A DNA stretch of 61,684 nucleotides, filler included. It is 5 parts of 5 records of this genome, joined end to end, with 100 filler letters (N's around TTAATTAATTAA, not from the genome) between each part and the next. Parts side by side here need not be neighbours in the genome. Positions count along the whole stretch, not along the records: positions 1 to 14,462 come from SRR20825010_6297; positions 14,563 to 33,907 come from SRR20825010_6307; 3 more parts are not named here. One strand, given 5' to 3'. Under the pieces are notes generated by a model, which was not told the origin of the DNA, made no database searches, and saw nothing but the letters and a program-made list of their open reading frames with translations. This document shows positions 9,930 through 18,187 of this stretch, piece after piece. Each line of letters starts with the position of its first letter. Positions within the stretch are counted from its first letter, which is position 1. The translations under genes and the position numbers were made by a program.

Positions 9930-10057
9930 CGATAACAACCACAAATATGCCACGGCGCTAGCGAAAATCGTTCCTATAAAATTATGATTTTTTCCATACG
10001 AAAAGACAGATTCTCGATGAGAAAATCGGTGCTGGAGTATAGAACGTCTTAACAAAC
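9930..10057 (-). repeat. attC-like junction
   Basis: Minus-strand core GTTATCG (9930-9936), with arms TATGCCACGGCGCT / GGTGCTGGAGTATA. Confidence 0.55.
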
Positions 10058-10504
10058 TGCTTCATTATAGAGTTTATAAATCAAAGAATATTTAGACGTA
10101 TAATCCATATTACTTTTCATTGCTCCATCGAGGTTTTTAAGTCGAATCAGTAATTCGTCAATTAACTCAACATCTTTTGGTAGGTTATTGTCAATAAAAT
10201 CAAAGTTTTCCAGCAGACACTCAGCAACGAAATCATTAGAAATTGTGAATATGAAGGCATACATTGCACCTGTATCATAATTGGAAATTTTATTGTCTTT
10301 TATTTCCACTAAGGAGTTAGCAATTAATCCCAATTCATCTTGTGTCAAGTCTTGAAGGATTCCATGCATCTCCGCCCATTCTTCATATTCAAGTTTTTGT
10401 AGCGGGTACAACAAATTTATATGATCAATATTTCCTAACTCAAGATATTCCAGACTTTTCACAGCCATTTTGATTTGATTGTATATTTGATCAACTATTT
10501 TCAT
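10049..10504 (-). CDS. hypothetical protein
   Basis: 151-aa acidic ORF in the array. Confidence 0.7.
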   Translation of the reverse strand: MKIVDQIYNQIKMAVKSLEYLELGNIDHINLLYPLQKLEYEEWAEMHGILQDLTQDELGLIANSLVEIKDNKISNYDTGAMYAFIFTISNDFVAECLLENFDFIDNNLPKDVELIDELLIRLKNLDGAMKSNMDYTSKYSLIYKLYNEAVC

Positions 10505-10540
10505 TCTCTCTTCTAGCTATACTTGGTTCTCAGTCAATTC

Positions 10541-11083
10541 TTATTTAGTGTACTTCGAAAATACGTTTGCGTAACGATCGTCAAAACTTAATTTTGTGAT
10601 GTCATTAAAGGCATGAGTGGTGTTCTTTTCATCTAGTTTTCCAGCGGCATTAAAATATCTAATTGATATTGACTTTGGATTAACACGCATTAACTCTCCA
10701 ATACAGAAGTATTCGTGGTCAGGATGTTCACATTCTGATATTACTGTCAACTTGGTTTTTTTAACTCCTTGACAGGCAGATTTCCAACTTGTTAAGTCAA
10801 TGTCATATTTTAAGCCAACAAATTCTAGTAACCCTTCTTTTTTCAATATTCGATGATACGTTCTATCATTGTTATTGTATCGAACGTGAGAAATCGTGTT
10901 TATTGGAATAATTTGATACCCTAAAATTCTAAATTCATCGCTCTCTTGAAGTAAAATCAAAGTGTCGGAAATTTTCAAAATGAATCCGGTCGATATTTCA
11001 CTAGAATCACCAAAGCTTCTAGTTATTCGAGAATAGAGCTTTTCCGCATGGTGCTTATTTAGTTTTTTCTGTATCGGTGTCAT
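10541..11083 (-). CDS. hypothetical protein (possible internal duplication)
   Basis: 180 aa; the two halves look similar (G-x-I/L...ISHVRY / ITKLSF). Confidence 0.7.
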   Translation of the reverse strand: MTPIQKKLNKHHAEKLYSRITRSFGDSSEISTGFILKISDTLILLQESDEFRILGYQIIPINTISHVRYNNNDRTYHRILKKEGLLEFVGLKYDIDLTSWKSACQGVKKTKLTVISECEHPDHEYFCIGELMRVNPKSISIRYFNAAGKLDEKNTTHAFNDITKLSFDDRYANVFSKYTK

Positions 11084-11100
11084 CTGGTGATAGGCTTAAT

Positions 11101-11198
11101 ATTTGCTAACGGTTCGTACTAGGCGAAGTGACGCATTCTATCGAATGCAATTGTTGAGAACTTAGAGTTGCTTTCATCGAAGTGCGTGTAAGTAACAT
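11101..11198 (-). repeat. attC-like junction
   Basis: Minus-strand core CCGTTAGCAAAT upstream of the next ATG; internal hairpin GCATTC-TATC-GAATGC. Confidence 0.5.
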
Positions 11199-11200
11199 TT

Positions 11201-11656
11201 TCATTTTACAACAAACAAAGAGTCAAAGTATTTTTCTTTGATGGGAAATTGACCTATACCAGCATTAATAACTCCCATAACATTCGGGTCTGAAATTACC
11301 ACACCATCTATTACGTAAAAAATTTTTTCGTTTAAATTTCTTTTGGTCAACGCTGTATATTCTTTAGTTCCTTCTTCATTAAATTTAAAGCAAATACAAA
11401 TTTCTCCCGCATAGCATTCATCTGAAATTTCCAGCGATTCAAATTTTTCAATGGTGATGGATGGTTTCGATTTTAGTGTATAAGTAGTAGAATCATTGTC
11501 AAGCACTTTATGAGTTGTTCCCTTTGGGTCAAATTCATATATCCCCGTTTGTGAAGATTCCTTCTTAAAAGAAACGATTTTGTCAGATGTACCACATGCT
11601 ACGAGTAGTACACTCATTACTAGGATTCGTATCACATGTTTTGTTGTATTCATCAT
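11201..11656 (-). CDS. lipoprotein with SecD/SecDF P1-head-like domain
   Basis: Lipobox LVA-C. FNEEGTKEYTALTKRNLNEKIFYVIDGVVISDPNV resembles the SecD periplasmic motif (F..LT..N.G..laIvlDg.viSaP.I). Confidence 0.7.
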   Translation of the reverse strand: MMNTTKHVIRILVMSVLLVACGTSDKIVSFKKESSQTGIYEFDPKGTTHKVLDNDSTTYTLKSKPSITIEKFESLEISDECYAGEICICFKFNEEGTKEYTALTKRNLNEKIFYVIDGVVISDPNVMGVINAGIGQFPIKEKYFDSLFVVK

Positions 11657-11719
11657 TACTATTAACGGTTATGCTGCAGGCAATGTGCCACTTCTCTTGA
11701 GTGTAATTGTGCGCCACTT
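11655..11719 (-). repeat. short attC-like junction
   Basis: Minus strand reads GCGCACAAT...CATAACCGTTAATAGTAATG between a stop and the next start. Confidence 0.45.
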
Positions 11720-11723
11720 TTTT

Positions 11724-12395
11724 TTAGTTCTGTCGATCTTCTCTATAAAGTGGAACGAAATTAGTCCAACTACGATTATGAATATCGTTCAAATCTTTTA
11801 TTGAAATTTCTAAATTTTGTTTATCCACTTCTTGTAAATATTGTGGCACATTTTTTTCAAGGGTTAAATCAGTAATATGATTTATATTTCGTTGGATTAA
11901 TTTTTCTGCCTTATCATAATCTCCCTCCAAATAATATTCATAAGCTAATGATTGGATGTAGAAATGGGGAATGACTTCAGAAGGGTTAAATGGATCTTCT
12001 AATAGATATGTTAATCTAAAATCTGAACCTTTAATTGAAAAGTTAAAAACTGCGAAAAGAAATAACAAACTAGTTATAAAGAATCGAACATTAAACTGGA
12101 TTTTTTTCTGTAAAAATCGAAAAATAAATATTGCTACAGCAGTGATAGCAATCCAAAATAACAAACTATACCCTGGCCAATATAAGAACTTAAACAAAAA
12201 GAAAAGGGATAGCAGAAGAACACTAATTGATGATAAAAGCCTTGTTTCTTTATCACCTTTTTCACGAATTAATTGAATTATTATGTCAATGAACGGAAAT
12301 AAGGGTGAAACAACAAAAATCAAACCTGTTCCCGGAAAATGTAAAAATCTAAAGATAATTGCAGTTAGGAGTAATATTAGATACGTTATTAACAT
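11724..12395 (-). CDS. hypothetical membrane protein
   Basis: Several hydrophobic helices with FRFLHFPG / FKFLYWPG repeats, followed by a TPR-like soluble tail. Confidence 0.7.
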   Translation of the reverse strand: MLITYLILLLTAIIFRFLHFPGTGLIFVVSPLFPFIDIIIQLIREKGDKETRLLSSISVLLLSLFFLFKFLYWPGYSLLFWIAITAVAIFIFRFLQKKIQFNVRFFITSLLFLFAVFNFSIKGSDFRLTYLLEDPFNPSEVIPHFYIQSLAYEYYLEGDYDKAEKLIQRNINHITDLTLEKNVPQYLQEVDKQNLEISIKDLNDIHNRSWTNFVPLYREDRQN

Positions 12396-12427
12396 AGTTC
12401 TATTTTTTGGTTGTTTTCTTCAATTCG

Positions 12428-12490
12428 CCATAACGTTTAGTGTATGCTGCGTGTCCCGAAGAGCATGAAATATACACAATGTTACCAAAC
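12428..12490 (-). repeat. best-preserved attC-like site
   Basis: Minus strand reads GTTTGGTAAC-ATT-GTGTAT...ATACAC-TAAAC-GTTATGG: AAC/GTT outer cores, asymmetric unpaired spacer, inner stem. Confidence 0.75.
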
Positions 12491-12492
12491 GT

Positions 12493-14181
12493 TTATTTTC
12501 GGACTATAATTTTTCCAGTTTCAATAATTCCTGAATCATCACTTAGTGTAAACGTGTACGTACCATTTGACATATTATCTATTTTGATTTCTTGATTATT
12601 TGAATAGTTGTCTATGGACATTATTCTTTGTCCCATGATATCATATATACTCAGTAGCCCCCCTACCTTATTAATAAAACTGACACGGAAAGAAATGTTT
12701 GTTGGGTTTGGATAGACAACTATTGTTTTCAAATATTCATTTTCAGTTATCGCTGATGGTCCCGAGAACTCATGTGCTCCAATGTCATATATTCCATTAA
12801 CTGGTCTTGGGTTATATTCAAAATCATCTATAATATTTGTATTAGTTCCTGCATCAATTGCGATAGACGTGATTAGTAAAGTGAGATTTAACCCTGATAA
12901 ATTTGTAAAATAGGGATCACCAAATACGGAGTTTAAATCTTTATTTAATGTACTTGTGTATGAAGAGGAATCTAAATAAGTATAAATTTGGTTAGAAGGA
13001 AAAAAAGCAAATAATGTATCATTAGCAGTAGGTTGATACATTACATTATAATCCAATTCATATTGGCCATTTGCACTGTCGTGAAATGCATATATAGTTC
13101 GTTGCGCCTCAAAAAAGATATTATTCCTAATATAAACAGTGTCAGTTTGAGCAATATTACCACTAATCAATACGTGTACTCCATAATAATCAGGCCGTTG
13201 TATTCCCCAGCCACTGCCAGCAAATAAACAAGTGTTATTTTCAAAATAGATTTCATTGACTGTTGATATTGATGGTTTGCACCAAAATTCAAATGAAGAC
13301 AAACCACAATTCCAGATTAAGTTATTTTGATACTTGATATTATTTTGTGAAACTGGAGTAGTATGATTTTGATTGGTAACTCCAGTATCATATATTTCCC
13401 ATATTTTACATTTTGAAACCGTATTATTTGAAGCATTCCCCCAAAATTCGACACCATTACCATATCTAATTGCACCATCCATATTGAGGTCGCCGCCGCC
13501 AATATAAGAGATGTTACAGGAATTAATAATAATATTTGATGTATTGCCTCCGCCAAAACCGTGAGCAGCTCCATATTTAATACTCAAATTTTCGAACGTA
13601 ATAAAGCTTCTATTCTGATGGTTAACAATGTCTTTTCGCAATGCAAGTTCTATTTCTGTATAAATGCTTCCAGGATTAGATGTAGAATATATCACTAATT
13701 CGTTAGATGATAAATCAAACCAAAAGTCATTTTGGTTTTGTAATTCGATTAAATTCCACTTTTTGAATCCTACGCTCGTGGCATTGTCAAATAGGATATT
13801 TCCTATGTCAGTCGAAAAAATGGAATCACATTTCCAAATATTCCCTCCAATATTTGTCCAATCTGATATATCGCTAAAATTTAAAGAACCTAAAATATTG
13901 GGTTTTTCACCCGTAGAATACGCTCCATAATAATTGTTTGCGCCTGGAAAACCACTTTGAGGAATCAATTGTCCTCTCCAAATCTCATTTCGCTTAAAAA
14001 GAATAGAGTCGCCAACTGAAAAAGAAAATGAGTTTATTTTATTCAATGTTTTCCATGCTAAACCGGGTGTTGTTCCTGAGTTAAAATCATTACCAGTATT
14101 GGAAGATATATAATAAGTTGCCGCAATACTTTTAAGCGTTAGTATTGAGATGAAGATTATTAATATTTTTCTGATTTGCAT
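12493..14181 (-). CDS. T9SS-secreted right-handed beta-helix protein
   Basis: ATYYISS.TGND.NSG...AWKTL N-terminus, Asn-rich parallel beta-helix repeats, AIDAG...DIGAHEF, and a YPNP C-terminal sorting domain. Confidence 0.85.
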   Translation of the reverse strand: MQIRKILIIFISILTLKSIAATYYISSNTGNDFNSGTTPGLAWKTLNKINSFSFSVGDSILFKRNEIWRGQLIPQSGFPGANNYYGAYSTGEKPNILGSLNFSDISDWTNIGGNIWKCDSIFSTDIGNILFDNATSVGFKKWNLIELQNQNDFWFDLSSNELVIYSTSNPGSIYTEIELALRKDIVNHQNRSFITFENLSIKYGAAHGFGGGNTSNIIINSCNISYIGGGDLNMDGAIRYGNGVEFWGNASNNTVSKCKIWEIYDTGVTNQNHTTPVSQNNIKYQNNLIWNCGLSSFEFWCKPSISTVNEIYFENNTCLFAGSGWGIQRPDYYGVHVLISGNIAQTDTVYIRNNIFFEAQRTIYAFHDSANGQYELDYNVMYQPTANDTLFAFFPSNQIYTYLDSSSYTSTLNKDLNSVFGDPYFTNLSGLNLTLLITSIAIDAGTNTNIIDDFEYNPRPVNGIYDIGAHEFSGPSAITENEYLKTIVVYPNPTNISFRVSFINKVGGLLSIYDIMGQRIMSIDNYSNNQEIKIDNMSNGTYTFTLSDDSGIIETGKIIVRK

Positions 14182-14194
14182 TCTTGTTTTTTAT

Positions 14195-14322
14195 GTTTGG
14201 TAACGTTCAAGGCTAGAATGACGTGCGCCATTTACACGTTATTAAGTTTTATACTAAAGATAGTTGTTTTCATATAGGATAGTTGTGCGAAGCTTGAATG
14301 GAGCATGCATTTTAGGCGATGT
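14195..14322 (-). repeat. attC-like junction interrupted by an IS end
   Basis: Core GTTACCAAAC (minus strand, 14195-14204). Arms GCTAGAATGACGTGCGCCAT (14212-14231) / ATGGAGCATGCATTTTAGG (14298-14316) pair with one bulged base. Confidence 0.7.
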
Positions 14323-14462
14323 GCCTGTTGCACAACTAAATTGTGAATAAACTCCGAAATCCAAAACTAAATCGCTGCACAATCATCCTTATCTTAGATT
14401 ATGCAAGGACCAAAAAATTTCAAGAAAAACTTTTCGCTAATTTTCAATTGAGCGATCGAGTG
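14323..14462 (+). mobile_element. left end of an IS1182-like insertion sequence with a frameshifted transposase start, cut by the contig end
   Basis: End sequence GCCTGTTGCACAACTAAATTGTGAATAAACTC. From ATG 14401 it reads MQG-(1-nt shift)-KKFQEKLFANFQLSDRV, resembling Bacteroidota IS1182-family transposase N-termini as I recall them (not database-checked). Confidence 0.7.
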
Positions 14463-14562
14463 NNNNNNNNNNNNNNNNNNNNNNNNNNNNNNNNNNNNNN
14501 NNNNNNTTAATTAATTAANNNNNNNNNNNNNNNNNNNNNNNNNNNNNNNNNNNNNNNNNNNN
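14463..14562. other. artificial contig spacer
   Basis: N run with TTAATTAATTAA; composition shifts from AT-rich to roughly balanced GC. Confidence 0.98.
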
Positions 14563-15044
14563 AAGCGATTGCGCGTGGCTTCTGCGCCACCATCAACACG
14601 CGGGTTCAGGCGCAGCCTGATGCCATTTAATTCGGTATGTTCATAAATCCAGGGTTCGAAATCGGGCGGGCTTTCCGGCATGGGGGCTCGGTCGGGCATG
14701 GTTGCAAGCAAACGTTCACCCACAGGCGCACCTGGGCATTCCACATTTGAAACAAGGTCGGTGTGCCCTGCATTGGCAGGTGCAGGGTAGGCGTGCCTGG
14801 TGCTTATGTCTGCCTGCCCATGGTCACCTTCGGGATAAACCGCTGCACACAACAGTATTTTTCCGCGTATTACTTCGAGCTGATTTGCCACGTCGTCCAC
14901 AGTTTCCTGTACCAAGCGCCCTTGCTCAGCCGTCATGTTCAAACGACCATATGCAGCGCCCACAATCGCAAGCAAACCGATTCCGTACAAAATGTAGGAA
15001 GCGATAAAACCTGCTTGTTGTTTAGTGTGTGGCCACCTGTTCAT
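14563..15044 (-). CDS. type IV pilin-like protein (3' truncated)
   Basis: Class III-like signal KQQAG|FIASYILYGIGLLAIVGAAYG; no Glu at +5. Confidence 0.7.
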
Positions 15045-15144
15045 TTTCCCGGTCCGGTTGTATTTGCGGAATACGCCATATGTTTAATTAACGGCCCGGC
15101 GAGCAAGAATCAACATCCCCAGATAAGGTTAAAAAAAACACATG

Positions 15145-15182
15145 AAAAATCCCCGGGTTGACCGTTTGGCCAGCCCGGGGAT
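15145..15182 (-). terminator. intrinsic terminator after the putative major pilin
   Basis: ATCCCCGGGTTG (15149-15160) / CAGCCCGGGGAT (15171-15182), followed by a T tract on the minus strand. Confidence 0.7.
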
Positions 15183-15206
15183 GATGATCAGGAGAGAAAC
15201 ACCAGA

Positions 15207-15899
15207 TTAGTTTTCTTGTATGGTTTTGAAGTACACATAACGGCTGTCGCTGGTTTGAATACAACCCTCGGGCCAGCCGGCGGCGGCGGCGACAGCGGAA
15301 ATTCCACCATCGACGTTGGTTGTCCAGGCAGCATATGCACCAAGACCCACTGGTATGGTATTGGCACCATACAACAAGGTGTTAACCCGGCCACATACGT
15401 CGGATCGAATACCTGGCAAAACTACCATGGGGTCTTCTGCTGCACTGGCCAAACCATTGCCTGCTGTAGTGCGGTTGAGGTACCAGTGCCCGGCCACCAA
15501 TGGACCGGGGGTTTTAATGTCGTCGACCGTTGCACCAAGGGCTATGTCGAAAGTAGAAGTGGGCATGATTTGCGGCGATGCATAGCGCGCTGCCGGGTTG
15601 AACAGACCATCTTCGGTTGTGGCATCAAAGGTCATTTCAGTGGTTACCGCCGACGAACCAAAGTCGCTTGAATAGCGCGCCACACCGTCACGAAGGTCGC
15701 TGGCCTGCTTCAAAATAACCGAAGCGTTTACTTTGGCTTGTTCTACGTCGGTTTGCGACGTAGGGCTGCGGTTGGCCAGTGCAAAGCCACCCAACACCGC
15801 TGTCATCAAGGCGATACCAAACAGCAGTGCTGCTTGTATAAAGCCCGACTGGGTCGACTTTTTGGCAAATGTTGGCTGAGGCCTGGGTACTTTACGCAT
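15207..15899 (-). CDS. type IV pilin-like protein (putative major pilin)
   Basis: AGGAG RBS before ATG 15899. A 19-aa basic leader ends KKSTQSG|FIQAALLFGIALMTAVLGGFALA, and there is a C-terminal Cys pair (DVCGRVN...EGCIQ). Confidence 0.75.
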   Translation of the reverse strand: MRKVPRPQPTFAKKSTQSGFIQAALLFGIALMTAVLGGFALANRSPTSQTDVEQAKVNASVILKQASDLRDGVARYSSDFGSSAVTTEMTFDATTEDGLFNPAARYASPQIMPTSTFDIALGATVDDIKTPGPLVAGHWYLNRTTAGNGLASAAEDPMVVLPGIRSDVCGRVNTLLYGANTIPVGLGAYAAWTTNVDGGISAVAAAAGWPEGCIQTSDSRYVYFKTIQEN

Positions 15900-15946
15900 A
15901 ATATTCTCCTGATTCCTAAACACTTTATTTGTTCAAAGCGGTTGTT

Positions 15947-16831
15947 TTAACCAAGTTCAACCTTGGCTTTCTTTCGAGCCTGCTCCAGTTCATCGTTGAA
16001 CTTTTGCAGTGCAAGCGCCTGAACAATGTCTTGCTTTAACTCATCCATGGTGGGCTTTTTGGTTTGCTTGCTTTCATCAACTTTCAAAATCAGCAACCCA
16101 TTTCTAAGTTGCAATACATCGCTGTATTCGCCTTTTTTCATTTTGGAAACGACACGCCCCAGGTTGTAAGGCAAAGCTGCCGCTGCCGCGAACCCATCGC
16201 CTTGTTCAACAAGGGGTTTTAACTGCGCCTCAGCGTCCTTGTCACCTTTTTTGAGGCTCGCCAGTGTTTTTTGAACATCGGCGGCGTCTGTGCTCAAGTA
16301 ATAGCTCACCTTCCAAAGCTGAAAGTTTTGATCCAGCACATTGGCGTCGTAGTAACTTTTTACATCTGTGTCACTAACGCTTTTGCGCAATTCTTCCATG
16401 CGGCGGGTGGTGTACAAAGTGGACAACACCTCGCGTTCCGCAGCCTGCAAAGTTGCTTTGGCTTCGGCTGCATACATTTCCCGACCCAGTTCAGCCGCAA
16501 TCACCTTGTTGATGTAACGGTCGATTACGATTGCTTTGTCAAATCCTTGTTGCAGCAAGCCCTCCACTTCCATTTCGGTAATTTTCATGCCGTTGATGCT
16601 GGCCAGTACCTCATCGCTGCCTTGTGTGGACGCATTCGCGTTGGCTACAGGCGACACACTGGGGCTGCTTGACCCAGAATCACCGAACACGGTAAAACCA
16701 GCCCAACCGACAAGCCCGATAAATGCAAGCCCTGCAGTGCCCATGATGATTTTGGTTCGCACATCCGCCGTGGCCGAAGATGCCTTGGCAGACTGGGAAA
16801 ACTCTTCATTTAAAGTGTTCATGTCATTCAT
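15947..16831 (-). CDS. membrane-anchored PpiC/SurA-like peptidyl-prolyl isomerase/chaperone
   Basis: N-terminal TM, VLASINGMKIT, VSDTDVKSYYD, KMKKGEYSDVLQLRNGLLILKV and KKAKVE. The parvulin core looks degenerate. Confidence 0.75.
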   Translation of the reverse strand: MNDMNTLNEEFSQSAKASSATADVRTKIIMGTAGLAFIGLVGWAGFTVFGDSGSSSPSVSPVANANASTQGSDEVLASINGMKITEMEVEGLLQQGFDKAIVIDRYINKVIAAELGREMYAAEAKATLQAAEREVLSTLYTTRRMEELRKSVSDTDVKSYYDANVLDQNFQLWKVSYYLSTDAADVQKTLASLKKGDKDAEAQLKPLVEQGDGFAAAAALPYNLGRVVSKMKKGEYSDVLQLRNGLLILKVDESKQTKKPTMDELKQDIVQALALQKFNDELEQARKKAKVELG

Positions 16832-17309
16832 TTTCGGGCCCTCTTAATTTAACTTCCACTTTCTCCGTGATTCCACTGACCAAAGCCGATGAAGCATTGC
16901 CAGCGCATTCCGCCAGGCAAATTTCCTTCGCTGTCCAAACCACGTCTTTTGAAACACCTTGCACGCTGTTGAGCACAAACATGAATTCTGCATACCTTGC
17001 CGGGTCGCTGATGCCAATCAGGATTCCGCCCTTTTCTGCGGTCACCTTGACATGGGGGCTTAAACGGGCCAATACAGCTGAATAATCCTCGTAGATCTTT
17101 TTACCCACCGGCGATTTTTTCAATGTGAAATTCGGCAGTTCCAGACTTTTCTTTTCTCTTTGCGCTTCAGTTAAAAAGTCCTGAACTGCAAATACCGCCA
17201 AAACAAGCATCATTACTGCAACCATCATGGTAAAAATCGGTGCCAAGCCTAACATTCGGCTAACTTCCGTCATCAACAGCGATGAATCATTTTTAAAGTC
17301 GAGCTTCAT
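16824..17309 (-). CDS. bitopic pilus assembly protein (PilO/GspM-like position)
   Basis: Single TM; overlaps its neighbours within the T4F operon. Confidence 0.55.
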   Translation of the reverse strand: MKLDFKNDSSLLMTEVSRMLGLAPIFTMMVAVMMLVLAVFAVQDFLTEAQREKKSLELPNFTLKKSPVGKKIYEDYSAVLARLSPHVKVTAEKGGILIGISDPARYAEFMFVLNSVQGVSKDVVWTAKEICLAECAGNASSALVSGITEKVEVKLRGPENE

Positions 17310-18187
17310 GATTTTTTGCCTTTCTTTCCTACTTTACGGACGGTAAGCAAGCCTTCAATATCCCTAAGATCGGTGGTTACCCCGTTACGCCCCAGTGAAT
17401 CAAGGTAGTCCTGACTAACCCAACTGGGTAGTACGATCTCAAAGCTTTCATCGTTCTCCTCGACAAGCTTATAAGACTGTATCCACCCACCGGAACGCAC
17501 CACAGTGGCTGAAACAACCTGAATTCGCGAGATTTGGCGCGCAAGGGGCTGTTGCACGCTTAAGTCTTTCAATGTTGCATTCAGGTCGTTCTCTACCGCC
17601 CTGGCATTCAATGAAGTGTCGTCGCTGCGGCTTAGCACGGTTTTACCAACTTGAATTCCCACGAAGCCAACGAGTGAAATCATCAGCACGCCAAGTGAGC
17701 ATTTCATCAACCAGGAGCTAACGCGGTCTGAAATACCCCGAATGGCCTGCGGCACACTGGTCAGTGGCTGGCCACCCCGGCTGGCAATCTCGACGATCTG
17801 CAAATCAAGGTCGATCAGGTAATCTTTAATGGCATCCACGTCGTTGCACAACAAGCGCAGGCTGCCGCTTTCAACAACCAAGGCCGCTGAAAAGTCGCCG
17901 CCATTGAGCAAGTAAATTGCATCGCCTTGATGCAAAGGACCATTTGGCAGTACATCGATGAATGGCAGATTGAACCCGGGTGACGAGGTCAAGAAACGGC
18001 TTTCAATGGCAAAGTAATACACATACCCTGCACGTTCAATGAAGTGGGTGTGCAGGCGATTGGTGCCCAACAAAGCATATGCGTGGTTTTCGACCACACG
18101 CTGCGGGCTGGCACTTCCCACCGGAAGCCGCCCTGCGATCAGGTTGGAATAAATCGTTTTCAGATTGGCTTGTTTTTCCAAGGTCAT
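17306..18187 (-). CDS. pilus assembly accessory protein (GspL/PilM-N-like architecture)
   Basis: Cytoplasmic domain, one TM and a periplasmic tail; translationally coupled in the operon. Confidence 0.55.
   Translation of the reverse strand: MTLEKQANLKTIYSNLIAGRLPVGSASPQRVVENHAYALLGTNRLHTHFIERAGYVYYFAIESRFLTSSPGFNLPFIDVLPNGPLHQGDAIYLLNGGDFSAALVVESGSLRLLCNDVDAIKDYLIDLDLQIVEIASRGGQPLTSVPQAIRGISDRVSSWLMKCSLGVLMISLVGFVGIQVGKTVLSRSDDTSLNARAVENDLNATLKDLSVQQPLARQISRIQVVSATVVRSGGWIQSYKLVEENDESFEIVLPSWVSQDYLDSLGRNGVTTDLRDIEGLLTVRKVGKKGKKS

Larger units (their letters stand above)
3649..14322 (-). mobile_element. integron-like gene-cassette array (no integrase in window)
   Basis: About 14 short unrelated ORFs, all but one on the minus strand. 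They are separated by imperfect hairpins bounded by ..AAC / GTT.. cores, and several units have complementary ends (see findings). Confidence 0.75.

Noticed and set aside
5560-14360. Four-copy repeat as a CRISPR array or group II intron 5' end
   Set aside because: The copies are kilobases apart with genes between them. The start is not GTGYG and no RT or domain V is visible. Inverted right ends and a transposase-like start fit an IS/MITE better.
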